Part shown: one piece after another, positions 10,357 through 19,535 of the stretch | Layout: every line of letters begins with the position of its first letter | Position numbering within the stretch: the first letter of the stretch is position 1 | DNA from: Microcoleaceae cyanobacterium | Lineage (GTDB): Bacteria; Cyanobacteriota; Cyanobacteriia; Cyanobacteriales; Microcoleaceae | Direction: 5' to 3' | Assembly: GCA_051652765.1 (NCBI GenBank) | Contig: JBOFUV010000034.1 | Coordinates: forward strand, 64,001 to 128,000 | DNA: 64,000 nt | Position numbers and translations under genes: made by a program | Notes under the pieces: model-generated | Database searches by the model: none | Seen by the model: only the letters and a program-made list of their open reading frames with translations | What the model was told of the DNA's origin: nothing

Positions 10357-11514
10357 ATGACACACAAGACTATTGACTTATTTTCTGGCGCGGGTGGCTT
10401 GACTACAGGATTCAATCTGGCAGGTTTTGAATCTTTATGCGCGATCGATGTAGATGCGAAAGCCCTAGCAACCTACAAGCACAATTACGCAAACACCAAA
10501 ATCGTTCATCAGGATATCTGTGAGGTTAATCCTTTAGATTTGCGATTAAGTTTGGGCTTGCAAAGGGAAGAAGTAACAGCGTTGATAGGTGGGCCTCCAT
10601 GCCAAGGATTTTCAAGAAACATCCCTGCTGACTATCGTTACCTCAGCGACTCTCGCAATCAGCTATATCGGACATTCTTGGAATTCGTCCAGGAATTTAG
10701 ACCCCTTTACGTTGTTATGGAGAACGTACCCGAAATTTTGAAAGCTTATAGTGGTGTAGTTAAGGATGAAATTACTCAACAACTTGAATCACAAGGTTAT
10801 AAAGTCACTTGTGCATCACTAAACTCAGCGCATTATGGAGTACCGCAGACTCGATCAAGGGCTTTTTTCGTGGCCAGTTTAGATAAACCATTTCAATTTC
10901 CTGAACCTACACATGCTGGCGAGATTAGAAGTGATTACAGAGCTACAAAATCTTGTACTCAACTTACTCTCCTGAAACCAAACATTTCTTTAGTCGTCAC
11001 AGTTAGAGATGCAATTGGTGATCTGCCACCATTGAACGCAGGACAAGAATATGATGCTGAGGCTTATCCTTTTCCACCCCAAACTCCCTACCAAGCAATG
11101 ATACGTAATGGAAGCACCAAACTTTTCAATCACGTTGCTCGTGCTTTGAGTCCTATTCAAATGTCGAGAGCACGTCTTCTTAGTGAAGGGCAAGACGCTA
11201 GAGACTTACCGCCTGAATTAGCTCCTAAAAAGCACTATAGCGGTGCATACGGCAGGCTTTACTGGGATAAACCAGCAAGAACTATCACAAGATGGGTTTT
11301 CCATCCAGGATCTGGCAGATTCTTTCACCCAACCCAAGATCGGACAATTACAATCCGTGAAGCTGCAAGATTACACTCTTATCCAGATAACTTTCATTTT
11401 CTGGGAACGTACACGGATATGGCTTCTCAAGTCGGAGAATCAGTCCCCCCACTTCTAGGCAAAGTAATAGCTGAATCTATTCTCCAAGCTCACTGTCAAA
11501 AGATTGCATACTGA
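10357..11514 (+). CDS. DNA (cytosine-5) methyltransferase
   Basis: Motifs DLFSGAGG, GGPPCQGFS, MENV, QTRSRAF, REAARLHSYPD. Confidence 0.95.
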   Translation: MTHKTIDLFSGAGGLTTGFNLAGFESLCAIDVDAKALATYKHNYANTKIVHQDICEVNPLDLRLSLGLQREEVTALIGGPPCQGFSRNIPADYRYLSDSRNQLYRTFLEFVQEFRPLYVVMENVPEILKAYSGVVKDEITQQLESQGYKVTCASLNSAHYGVPQTRSRAFFVASLDKPFQFPEPTHAGEIRSDYRATKSCTQLTLLKPNISLVVTVRDAIGDLPPLNAGQEYDAEAYPFPPQTPYQAMIRNGSTKLFNHVARALSPIQMSRARLLSEGQDARDLPPELAPKKHYSGAYGRLYWDKPARTITRWVFHPGSGRFFHPTQDRTITIREAARLHSYPDNFHFLGTYTDMASQVGESVPPLLGKVIAESILQAHCQKIAY

Positions 11515-12226
11515 GTTGATCTTGCAAAGCTGAGAGAATAGTCTGTACATATCGATCAAGTGTAAGACGATTTCGCTCAACCCTAATATGAACCGCTTCT
11601 GGAGGAATGGTTCTAGCTCTGAAAAGTTGCTTTTGATTCTTGTACCAAACTAACTCTGTCTTACCTGCAATACTACCTTGTAGCCCTGCTCGTGATCTCC
11701 CAGTGACTCTATCAACTGTCCAAACCCAAGAAAAATCATTTGGGTCAAATGGATTGAGAGGAAATTCACAGTAGATATATTCATATCCTCTAATGGTTTT
11801 CAGCAATATGCCTTCATAGCTATTTGTAATATTCTGTGATGTTTTACTCGATATAATTTTCTCGTTCCAATGCTGAACAATAGCTGCTCCTAGGTCAGCA
11901 GGTGAGGATTGTTCAGTTAAATTAGGAAAGCCAAGTTGGACAGCTTTTTTGATGATATCTGCTCTCTGAATCACAAACAAAAATGTATTTACAGATGTAA
12001 GACTGTTCAGTTGAAGAGACTTGAGTGACCAGCCAGTTGCAGTGGTGATGTCAACGGCATCATATAAGAGTTTGCTACGTCCTAACGCTGGATCTGATAA
12101 AGGAATATTCTTAATATAATGAAAAATTGCCTCCCAAGTATAATCTTCTATCGAACCGATAACTGGAGACGCAATAGTCGCAATAATGGCTTGCCTCAAT
12201 CTTTCAATCTCATTTTCCTTCAGCAC
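11477..12226 (-). CDS. putative type II restriction endonuclease
   Basis: Convergent with and overlapping the MTase; start overlaps the controller gene; YDAVD...WSLKS could be a degenerate PD-(D/E)xK core. Assigned mainly from context. Confidence 0.65.
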   Translation of the reverse strand: MLKENEIERLRQAIIATIASPVIGSIEDYTWEAIFHYIKNIPLSDPALGRSKLLYDAVDITTATGWSLKSLQLNSLTSVNTFLFVIQRADIIKKAVQLGFPNLTEQSSPADLGAAIVQHWNEKIISSKTSQNITNSYEGILLKTIRGYEYIYCEFPLNPFDPNDFSWVWTVDRVTGRSRAGLQGSIAGKTELVWYKNQKQLFRARTIPPEAVHIRVERNRLTLDRYVQTILSALQDQLSMQSFDSELGE

Positions 12227-12455
12227 TCAAGAGTTCCTCCACGGCTCGTAAAAACTCCCCCATTGTTATGTCCAGAGCATTTGTAATGTGGCTAAGAACT
12301 CTAACAGATGGACTTTTTAGCCCTCGTTCAAGCTGGCTGATGTATGTTCTGTGCAGACCTGTAACTTCTGCCAGATATTCCTGTGACCAACCTTTCTCAA
12401 TACGACGACGTTGTATCTCTAGTCCTAAAATTTGGTCTAGTTTGCTAAGCTGCAT
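12210..12455 (-). CDS. XRE-family HTH controller (C) protein of the R-M system
   Basis: RRIEKGWSQEYLAEVTGLHRTYISQLERGLKSPS is typical of C proteins; ATG at 12455. Confidence 0.85.
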   Translation of the reverse strand: MQLSKLDQILGLEIQRRRIEKGWSQEYLAEVTGLHRTYISQLERGLKSPSVRVLSHITNALDITMGEFLRAVEELLSAEGK

Positions 12456-12470
12456 ATAAAAATGAAGATT

Positions 12471-12517
12471 AACGCTTTGAATACCAAAGTTCCACAGACT
12501 AAAGTATTCAAAGCGTT
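12471..12517 (-). promoter_or_regulatory. double C-box operator upstream of the C-R operon
   Basis: 14-bp perfect inverted repeat AACGCTTTGAATAC / GTATTCAAAGCGTT enclosing two boxes, GAATAC-TTTA-GTCTGT and TGGAAC-TTTG-GTATTC (minus strand). Confidence 0.7.
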
Positions 12518-12568
12518 GTGTAAGCACTGATTGCTCAGCATTTAGCTAACTCCATGGCAGTGTACGCA

Positions 12569-12654
12569 CCATAACAAATCACTGCACCCGACTCTTGACT
12601 TAGAAGAACCGATCAAGTGTTTACCAATTAAAGCGGGTGAGTTGATCGTTACAT
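12569..12654 (+). mobile_element. attC: integron attC site
   Basis: CCATAAC...TCACTGCACCCG...CGGGTGAGTTGATC-GTTACAT; L''/L' arms pair with an extrahelical G; 86 bp. Confidence 0.72.
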
Positions 12655-12847
12655 ACTTCGTTTCTGGATTAGGAACGGTTTTATCAATTAGTTGCAAGTG
12701 CTAAACTCTGCTCAGAGATAGGGTTAGGGATTACCTCTCCTTTTGAGTTCTGTTTCGAGTAGCTAGCGATCTCGATATTTATCAGAAGGCTTGGTGCCAC
12801 GATTAGTTTTTTAGCACTTTTACTTACTTAAAAAAACACCAAGTAAA

Positions 12848-13000
12848 CTTACTCAGCAACTCACTAAGCTACTGAGCTGCTTAAATAATAACCAACTGAA
12901 TGATCGGAGTGTTTGGAAGCAACGATTTTCAAGGATTTCGGCTCCCCTTCTCCTTTTGGGGAAGAAGGGGTTGAGGATAGTAGAAGGCTTGCTGAGTAAG
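12848..13000. mobile_element. MITE-like element with 12-bp terminal inverted repeats
   Basis: CTTACTCAGCAA (12848-59) and TTGCTGAGTAAG (12989-13000), with an internal CCCCTTCT/AGAAGGGG hairpin (12944-12970). Confidence 0.5.
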
Positions 13001-13075
13001 CGTTTCACCTACTTGTACGTAAGGGATAGCCTTAATAAGGGGGGTGGCTTTGACCGGGGGATCATGTTAAGTCTT

Positions 13076-14116
13076 TCAGGCAACGGTCTGGATTACCTGA
13101 TTGACAAACAACTCACAAGTGTCTCCTCGATATCCCCGCTTAGGAGTAATAAAGACTTCTTGACCCGACTGCAGCCCCAACTGATTAAACTGTTCTCGGC
13201 TCAAGCGGGCAAACACATGATGTTGATCGGCGAACACCAAATCCACCTGCACATCTGAACCCAGGTGAATAATGCGTTGAACCCAAGCCGCAGTCGCTTG
13301 ATCATCAGGAGAGTCCGATACCTGGATATCATGGGGACGAACATAAACATGGGGTTGGGAGAAATCAACATCCTGTTCCCAGAACAGAGCATGGGCAGGA
13401 ACAACATTCACTGCCCCAATAAAATCCATCACAAACGGGGTAGCTGGGCGGTCATAGATTTCAGCCGGGGTTCCGACTTGTTCAATCTTGCCGTGATTCA
13501 TCACCACGATTTCATCGGCTACAGCCATCGCCTCCTCCTGGTCATGGGTGACAAATACACTCGTGACATGAACTCTGTCATGCAACTGCCGCAACCAACT
13601 GCGTAACTCCTGGCGCACCTTGGCATCCAACGCTCCGAAGGGTTCATCCAACAACATCACTTCTGGTTGCACAGCCAAAGCCCGAGCCAGAGCTACTCGT
13701 TGGCGCTGACCTCCGGACAGTTGGGCTGGATAGCGATTGCCCAATCCCTCAAGTTGGATTAACCTTAACAATTCCTCGACATGCTGCTTGATTGACTCAG
13801 CATTGTATTTCCGAATTTCCAGCCCAAAGGCAATATTCTGACGCACCGTCAGATGCTTAAACAAGGCATAGTGTTGGAAGACAAATCCCACATTCCGTTG
13901 GCGCACATCGAGATAGGTCGTGTCCTGACCATCAATCCAGATACTGCCTGTGTCGGGCGCTTCCAATCCAGCAATCGCTCTCAACAGGGTAGACTTGCCC
14001 GAACCAGAGGGGCCCAGTAATGCCACCAGTTTTCCTGTTTTGACCGTGAGGTTGATATCGTCAAGGGCGTGGAAGTCCCCGAAGTGCTTGGAAACATGTT
14101 TGATGGTGATACTCAT
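13076..14116 (-). CDS. cysA: sulfate ABC transporter ATP-binding protein
   Basis: [36 protein letters not shown]; operon context. Confidence 0.95.
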   Translation of the reverse strand: MSITIKHVSKHFGDFHALDDINLTVKTGKLVALLGPSGSGKSTLLRAIAGLEAPDTGSIWIDGQDTTYLDVRQRNVGFVFQHYALFKHLTVRQNIAFGLEIRKYNAESIKQHVEELLRLIQLEGLGNRYPAQLSGGQRQRVALARALAVQPEVMLLDEPFGALDAKVRQELRSWLRQLHDRVHVTSVFVTHDQEEAMAVADEIVVMNHGKIEQVGTPAEIYDRPATPFVMDFIGAVNVVPAHALFWEQDVDFSQPHVYVRPHDIQVSDSPDDQATAAWVQRIIHLGSDVQVDLVFADQHHVFARLSREQFNQLGLQSGQEVFITPKRGYRGDTCELFVNQVIQTVA

Positions 14117-14219
14117 GGTAGGAATTTAAGAATAAAGGACAGTAAGCTGGACAATTCTCATCGGTTAAGCTGAGGCTACAGAACCCAAACTGCTTGATCA
14201 AACTTAAGGCAGAGGATCA

Positions 14220-15155
14220 TTAATGGGTTCCCAACTTTCGTTGAGTCCGGCGCTCCAGGATTTCTTTGAGCACTAGGGTGACAACCGCAAGGAGGGCTAA
14301 AATGGCCGCCGCACCAAAGGCCGCTTCATCCTGATAGTTTTTGTGAGCCTGCTCTACAAAGCAGGGTAACGTCAGGGTACGGCCCGCAACCAAACCAGAA
14401 ACGACTGAAACTGCCCCAAACTCCCCCATGGCTCTGGCGTTCGTCAATAGCATCCCGTACAACAACCCCCATTTGATATTAGGCAGGGTGACTCGCCAAA
14501 ATATCTGCAACCCACTGGCTCCCAAGGTTTTAGCTGCTTCTTCCTGATCAGCACCGACTTCTTCCAACACCGGCAGCACCTCTCTGGCCACAAAGGGCAT
14601 CGTCACAAACATCGTCGCGATCACCATCCCCGGTACGGCGAAGACAATCTTGAGATCAAACCGCTCTAGCCAGGGAGCAAACCATCCGTTACTTCCATAG
14701 AGCAGGACAATCATCAGTCCCGCAACCACGGGAGAAATGGCAAAGGGCAGGTCAATAATACTGATTAACAAAGTCCGTCCGGGAAAGTGATGGCGGGCAA
14801 TTCCCCAAGCGGCACAGAGGCCAAACAGGGTGTTCAGGGGGAGGCAAATCGCAGCGATTAACAGCGTTAGTTTCACCGCATGGAGGAATTCTCGGGTACT
14901 GGCAGCATTCAGAAACGGGGCAATTCCTTTATGAAACGCTTCGTAGAATACGACAACAGCAGGAATAAACAACACCAGAAACAAGTACGTTAGGGCAATT
15001 CCAATCAGCACGCCTTCGACGGGAATTTGTCGCACTCGATGAGCCAGAGTAGATCTGACCCCTGACGGTTGCCCTTTCCCTGGCGGAGTCAGTTGCGGTA
15101 AAGCTTCATCAACCTTATAAGTCATCTTCTGAACCATCTTTTGATTTGTTTCCAC
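14220..15155 (-). CDS. cysW: sulfate ABC transporter permease CysW
   Basis: IDLPFAISPVVAGL, EEAAKTLGA, LTNARAMGEFGAVSVVSG; start uncertain. Confidence 0.92.
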   Translation of the reverse strand: METNQKMVQKMTYKVDEALPQLTPPGKGQPSGVRSTLAHRVRQIPVEGVLIGIALTYLFLVLFIPAVVVFYEAFHKGIAPFLNAASTREFLHAVKLTLLIAAICLPLNTLFGLCAAWGIARHHFPGRTLLISIIDLPFAISPVVAGLMIVLLYGSNGWFAPWLERFDLKIVFAVPGMVIATMFVTMPFVAREVLPVLEEVGADQEEAAKTLGASGLQIFWRVTLPNIKWGLLYGMLLTNARAMGEFGAVSVVSGLVAGRTLTLPCFVEQAHKNYQDEAAFGAAAILALLAVVTLVLKEILERRTQRKLGTH

Positions 15156-15232
15156 ACTCTCTTCTGAACTAACCTTCTGAACTAACCTTCAATTAACCTT
15201 CTAAACCTGTAGCACCCTCTGGAGTAATATCC

Positions 15233-16081
15233 CTAGGCTTTAATGCCGTAGCGTTGTCCCCAGCGTTGCAAGCTGTTGATCACCAGCAGCATAGCTAACG
15301 AAATCATCAACATCACTGTGCCAATCACCGCTGCCCCGGCATAGTCGTACTGTTCCAACCGCTGAAATACAAGCACCGGAGCAATCAAATCCTTGAATGG
15401 AATCGCGGAAGAGATAATCACCACTGACCCGTATTCCCCAACCGCCCGAGAAAATCCCAGGGCCACTCCGGTCAAGATAGAAGGCAATAACGGGGGCAGC
15501 AACACCCGCCAGAAGGTTTGGAGGGAAGATGCCCCCAGAATTTGAGCGGCCTCTTCTACCTCCGGTTCCATTTCCTGCAACACGGGTTGCAACGTTCGCA
15601 CCACAAAAGGTAAGGAGATAAAAATCATTGCCACTAAAACCCCCAAGCGAGTAAAGGCGATCTTGATACCCAAGGGGGCAAAAAACTGACCAATCCAGCC
15701 TTGTTCGCTGTAGAGGGTTGCCAATACTAGCCCCGCCACCGCAGTTGGGAGGGCAAAGGGTAAGTCAATCATGGCATCCACGATTTTTTTGCCTGGAAAG
15801 CTGTACCGTACCAACACCCAGGCCACCAGCACCCCCATCACTCCATTAATTAACCCAGCTAACAACGCCGTGATAAACGTAACGGCGTAAGCAGAGAGGG
15901 CAACTGGAGCGGTGGCAATCGTCCAAAACTCACCCAGGCCAATGGCAAACGATTTGGTAAATAGTGCTGCCACTGGTAGGAGCAACAGCAGAGAAAGCTG
16001 CACAATCGTAACAACCCAAGGGATAGAAACTCGCCTCAGGTTTGGATCAATCGTTTGGCGCAATGGAGTCAACGGATTCAT
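15233..16081 (-). CDS. cysT: sulfate ABC transporter permease CysT
   Basis: IDLPFALPTAVAGL, LPFVVRTLQPVL, FSRAVGEYGSVV. Confidence 0.92.
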   Translation of the reverse strand: MNPLTPLRQTIDPNLRRVSIPWVVTIVQLSLLLLLPVAALFTKSFAIGLGEFWTIATAPVALSAYAVTFITALLAGLINGVMGVLVAWVLVRYSFPGKKIVDAMIDLPFALPTAVAGLVLATLYSEQGWIGQFFAPLGIKIAFTRLGVLVAMIFISLPFVVRTLQPVLQEMEPEVEEAAQILGASSLQTFWRVLLPPLLPSILTGVALGFSRAVGEYGSVVIISSAIPFKDLIAPVLVFQRLEQYDYAGAAVIGTVMLMISLAMLLVINSLQRWGQRYGIKA

Positions 16082-16122
16082 AATTTTACGACTTGAATTT
16101 TCGGTGAGAAACTCAACAATAC

Positions 16123-16413
16123 TTACACCCCGTGCTCGAACCAATCGTCCCAACTCGTTGTATTTCCGCCAGTCCAGATCTCTAGATGCAAGCTTTTCAG
16201 GTAGATCAAGGCATTTTCGAGATCAGCTTTTTTACCTTCTAAATTCAGGTCAAACCAACCATCTCCATTGCCATTCGCCCCAAGAATTGCTGCCGTAATC
16301 GTGATCGTTAAACCATAATCAGACACAAGCTGAGAAATCACGGGTTCCTGATGGTAATGCTGGGGAATTCTCAGGCGAATTCGTTGTTGAACAAGGGTTT
16401 TTGCTGTTTTCAT
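16123..16413 (-). CDS. NIL-domain protein of the sulfate transport operon
   Basis: RIRLRIPQHYHQEPVISQLVSDYGLTITITAAILG...GWFDLNLEG; usual position between sbp and cysT in cyanobacteria. Confidence 0.8.
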   Translation of the reverse strand: MKTAKTLVQQRIRLRIPQHYHQEPVISQLVSDYGLTITITAAILGANGNGDGWFDLNLEGKKADLENALIYLKSLHLEIWTGGNTTSWDDWFEHGV

Positions 16414-16450
16414 CGTCAATAGCTGGAAAGAACTGCCTGCCCTAAACGTG

Positions 16451-17572
16451 CTATCTGGACTGAGCAATTTGGGCTTGAATTTCGTCGAACATGGCACCAT
16501 CTGCAAAAAATTGAGTTTGAACGGTATTCCAACCGCCTAAATCCTTCACCGTAAACAGCTTTTGAATTTTGGGATATTGGCTGGCAAATTCAGTCTCAAC
16601 TTCAGGCACAATGGGACGGAACCCAACCTTGGCAAATTCCCGCTGGGCTTCAGGTGTAAATAGATAGGCGGCAAAGGCTTCGGCCACTGTCCGTGTGCCA
16701 TGTTTGTCAACGTTTGTATCCACGATTGCAACTGGGCTATCAATTGAAATGTTGTAATCGGTCGGGATCGCGTAAGGTTGGGATTCTCCCTTCTGAGCCG
16801 CGAGAATCACTTCGTTTTCATAGTTGATCAGGACAGTTCCCTGACCTTGTTTGTAGAACACATCGCTAGCTGCACGGGCATCTTTCGCCAGCACTGGCAC
16901 TTGTTGATAGACCTGTTGTACAAAAGCTTGAGCTTCTGGTTCACTGCCTCCGGCCTGGGTGACAGCTCCCCACAAGGCCATAAAGTTCCATCGGGCGACT
17001 CCAGAGGTTTTAGGATTGGCGGTGATCACGGCAACCCCCTCTTTTGATAAATCTGACCAGCCCTTCACGTCTATCGATTCATCCCGTTTGACCAAGGCCA
17101 CCACTGACTTGTGAACAATGGCATCGTTCGGGAGTTCCTGTTCCCAACCCGGTTGAATCAGCCCAGCCTTTTCAATTTTCTCCGTATCCAGGGCTAGGGC
17201 CAGAGCGACGATATCGGCCTCTAGTCCATCAATTACGGCTCTGGTTTGAGACCCTGAACCCCCATAACTCTGGTCAAATACGACTTTTTCTCCCGTTTTG
17301 GCTTCCCACTCCGCCGCAAACTTGGGAATGATTTTTTCATAGGCACTCTGGGTCACTGCATAAGACACGAGGGTTAGTCTTTTCTCTTCCCCTTGACCCG
17401 TCGTGCTCGTAGTTGTTGCCTGACTATCCGGACTTGTATTGGAACCGGTTACTTGAGTATTGGCGCTCTGGTTTGACGGTGAGCACGCGGCCAGGAACCC
17501 ACTCAGTACAACTGTTGTGGCCAACCCCATAACCCCAAAGCAGGCACGCCGAGACTGAAAAGACGAATTCAT
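16451..17572 (-). CDS. sbp: sulfate-binding periplasmic protein
   Basis: LVSYAVT, QSYGGSGSQTRAVIDGLEAD, ANPKTSG.ARWNF, INYENE. Confidence 0.94.
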   Translation of the reverse strand: MNSSFQSRRACFGVMGLATTVVLSGFLAACSPSNQSANTQVTGSNTSPDSQATTTSTTGQGEEKRLTLVSYAVTQSAYEKIIPKFAAEWEAKTGEKVVFDQSYGGSGSQTRAVIDGLEADIVALALALDTEKIEKAGLIQPGWEQELPNDAIVHKSVVALVKRDESIDVKGWSDLSKEGVAVITANPKTSGVARWNFMALWGAVTQAGGSEPEAQAFVQQVYQQVPVLAKDARAASDVFYKQGQGTVLINYENEVILAAQKGESQPYAIPTDYNISIDSPVAIVDTNVDKHGTRTVAEAFAAYLFTPEAQREFAKVGFRPIVPEVETEFASQYPKIQKLFTVKDLGGWNTVQTQFFADGAMFDEIQAQIAQSR

Positions 17573-17909
17573 AGGTTTTCTCAAAGAAGGTGTAAGTCAA
17601 CGCCACAAAGAAAAAGGATCAGAAGGAGTTGAGAGGAGGTCTCAGTCCTTCATTTCCATCTGCGTACGTTGAATCCGATTGTACATGAATTTAATTTGAA
17701 TTTCAATACATTTTGAATTTAATCAAAAGCTACTCAAAAAATTATTCAAGACATTAATGATGTGGGATGGCTATCTCGTCCGCCTCAGTCAAGCAACAAA
17801 ATCAGGGCGAGGTCACCTCGCCCTGATTGAAAATCTGGGTGCTGAAAAAATATCAGTGTTGAAATTGACTCTGTAGGAGCCCCCAACCTTTAGGCTCCCC
17901 TGGGATCTC

Positions 17910-19079
17910 CTAACAACAATCGGTCGGGTCGCAGCAGGAACCGTTATCACTGGTAACCGTGGCTCGGTAGTCCAACCCTTTGGTTTCCTGAGGACGGCGG
18001 ATGGCATTTACCTTGCAGTTGAACTCCGTTGCGGTCTCCACAGGGACTTCCTGCAAGGGCACAACGGGGATTAAATCCAGGTGATAAGGACTATTGGGAT
18101 GAGTATAAAGTTGAAAGGTTTTGTCACAGACCGCCATCCGTTGACCCCGACAGAGGGTATGACCATCATCATCCATCACCTGCTTCCAAGGGCCCTTGTA
18201 AATTACGGCTTGGTTCCGTTCTAGACAAATCCCCTCTTTGCCCTTGAATGCCTGAACCGTGAGGGAACGAAACTCAATGCCATTGACAATTTGCCAAGGC
18301 TCTTCCTGGCGAGTCAGAATTTCAATGCCGTAGAATCCGGCTTGCTCAAACCGTTTCAAAAATTCATCCTCACGAAATGCGCCCGCAATACAACCACTCC
18401 AAAGTTCAGGATCATTCAAAATTTCTGACGTAGGCTGTTCATCGCAAACAATATCTGAAATGATTGCCCGTCCACCGCGCTGCAATACCCGGTAGATTTC
18501 TTGAAATAATTTTTGCTTTTCCTGGGGACGGACTAGGTTCAGCACACAGTTAGAAATGACGACATCTATACTGTTATCCGCAATCAAGGGAGATTCACGG
18601 CGGAGGCGATCGCACTCGGCCTCAAAAGCTGAAATTTGTTCGATGGAGGTAATGGGATGGGCTGTGAGCCACCGTTGAACCCGATCCAGATCCAGGGCCA
18701 AGTCTTGAATTTTCCCCTTCATAAATTGGGTATTGGCATACCCCAATTTGTTGGCCATTTCAGCTTGATACTTGCGGGAAAGAGCCAGCATCTCATCATT
18801 AAAATCTACCCCAATAATCTTGCCGGTCGAGCCTACTTTTTGAGCCAGAATATAGCAGTTTTTCCCCGCACCCGATCCTAGATCTAAAACAGTTTCACCC
18901 CAGTTAACATAACGAGTTGGGTCACCACAGCCATAGTCTTTCTCAATAATTTCTTGAGGTAGTTTTTCGAGGTAGTTTCCTTCATATTCTGTTGGACAAC
19001 ATAAGGAAGGCTGGGGCGCTTTTGCTCCTTGTTTATAGCGTTCAATGACTGTTGATTCAATATTGTAACTTGTTGTCAT
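17910..19079 (-). CDS. ArsM-like SAM-dependent methyltransferase
   Basis: LCCP, YGCGDP, VLDLGSGAGK, VISNCVLNL, WSGCIAGA, Cys-rich tail CCDPTDCC. Confidence 0.8.
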   Translation of the reverse strand: MTTSYNIESTVIERYKQGAKAPQPSLCCPTEYEGNYLEKLPQEIIEKDYGCGDPTRYVNWGETVLDLGSGAGKNCYILAQKVGSTGKIIGVDFNDEMLALSRKYQAEMANKLGYANTQFMKGKIQDLALDLDRVQRWLTAHPITSIEQISAFEAECDRLRRESPLIADNSIDVVISNCVLNLVRPQEKQKLFQEIYRVLQRGGRAIISDIVCDEQPTSEILNDPELWSGCIAGAFREDEFLKRFEQAGFYGIEILTRQEEPWQIVNGIEFRSLTVQAFKGKEGICLERNQAVIYKGPWKQVMDDDGHTLCRGQRMAVCDKTFQLYTHPNSPYHLDLIPVVPLQEVPVETATEFNCKVNAIRRPQETKGLDYRATVTSDNGSCCDPTDCC

Positions 19080-19223
19080 AGATTCAAGAGCTAGGTGAGT
19101 TGAGTGATTATTAAGATTTCCGGTAGCAACAAGCTTTGCTCCTCCAAACCCCAAATTCAGGGGATTCGAAGAGAGTTTAGAGCTTTGTATAGGAAGTCTA
19201 GCGGTTATTCCTACTTAATCTTA

Positions 19224-19252
19224 ATTAATCTTGGCAAAAAGCCAAGATTAAT
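19224..19252. promoter_or_regulatory. 12-5-12 perfect inverted repeat (operator or terminator)
   Basis: ATTAATCTTGGC-AAAAA-GCCAAGATTAAT, between ggt and the ArsM-like gene. Confidence 0.45.
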
Positions 19253-19535
19253 GTGATTCAATTAAACTATAAAATTCTGAATTTTTTCTGAGAGATTTCT
19301 CAAGCTTGACTGAGAAATGACGGATGAAATCCTAGCAATCTTAAACATCAAGAATCAATGGAAATAAATCAATTTTCACTAATCCGAATCATCGGGCGAA
19401 CTAAACTTGAGCCTCCTTTGCATTGCAATTGAACCAACGCTTGCAGACCTTCTACCGCCACAACCTTGCAACTCGGCGATCGCCAATTATTTAACTGTTG
19501 ATGAACTAAAAAAACTTGTTTTGCATCATCTCAAT

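Noticed and set aside
15161..15208. Short tandem repeat (AACCTTCTGAACT-like), with similar ones near 4655, 31090 and 39670
   Set aside because: 12-13-bp imperfect intergenic repeats without unique spacers; common in cyanobacteria and not CRISPR.
16123..16413. Small extra gene in the sulfate operon as a novelty
   Set aside because: A NIL-domain gene between sbp and cysT is a known cyanobacterial arrangement.
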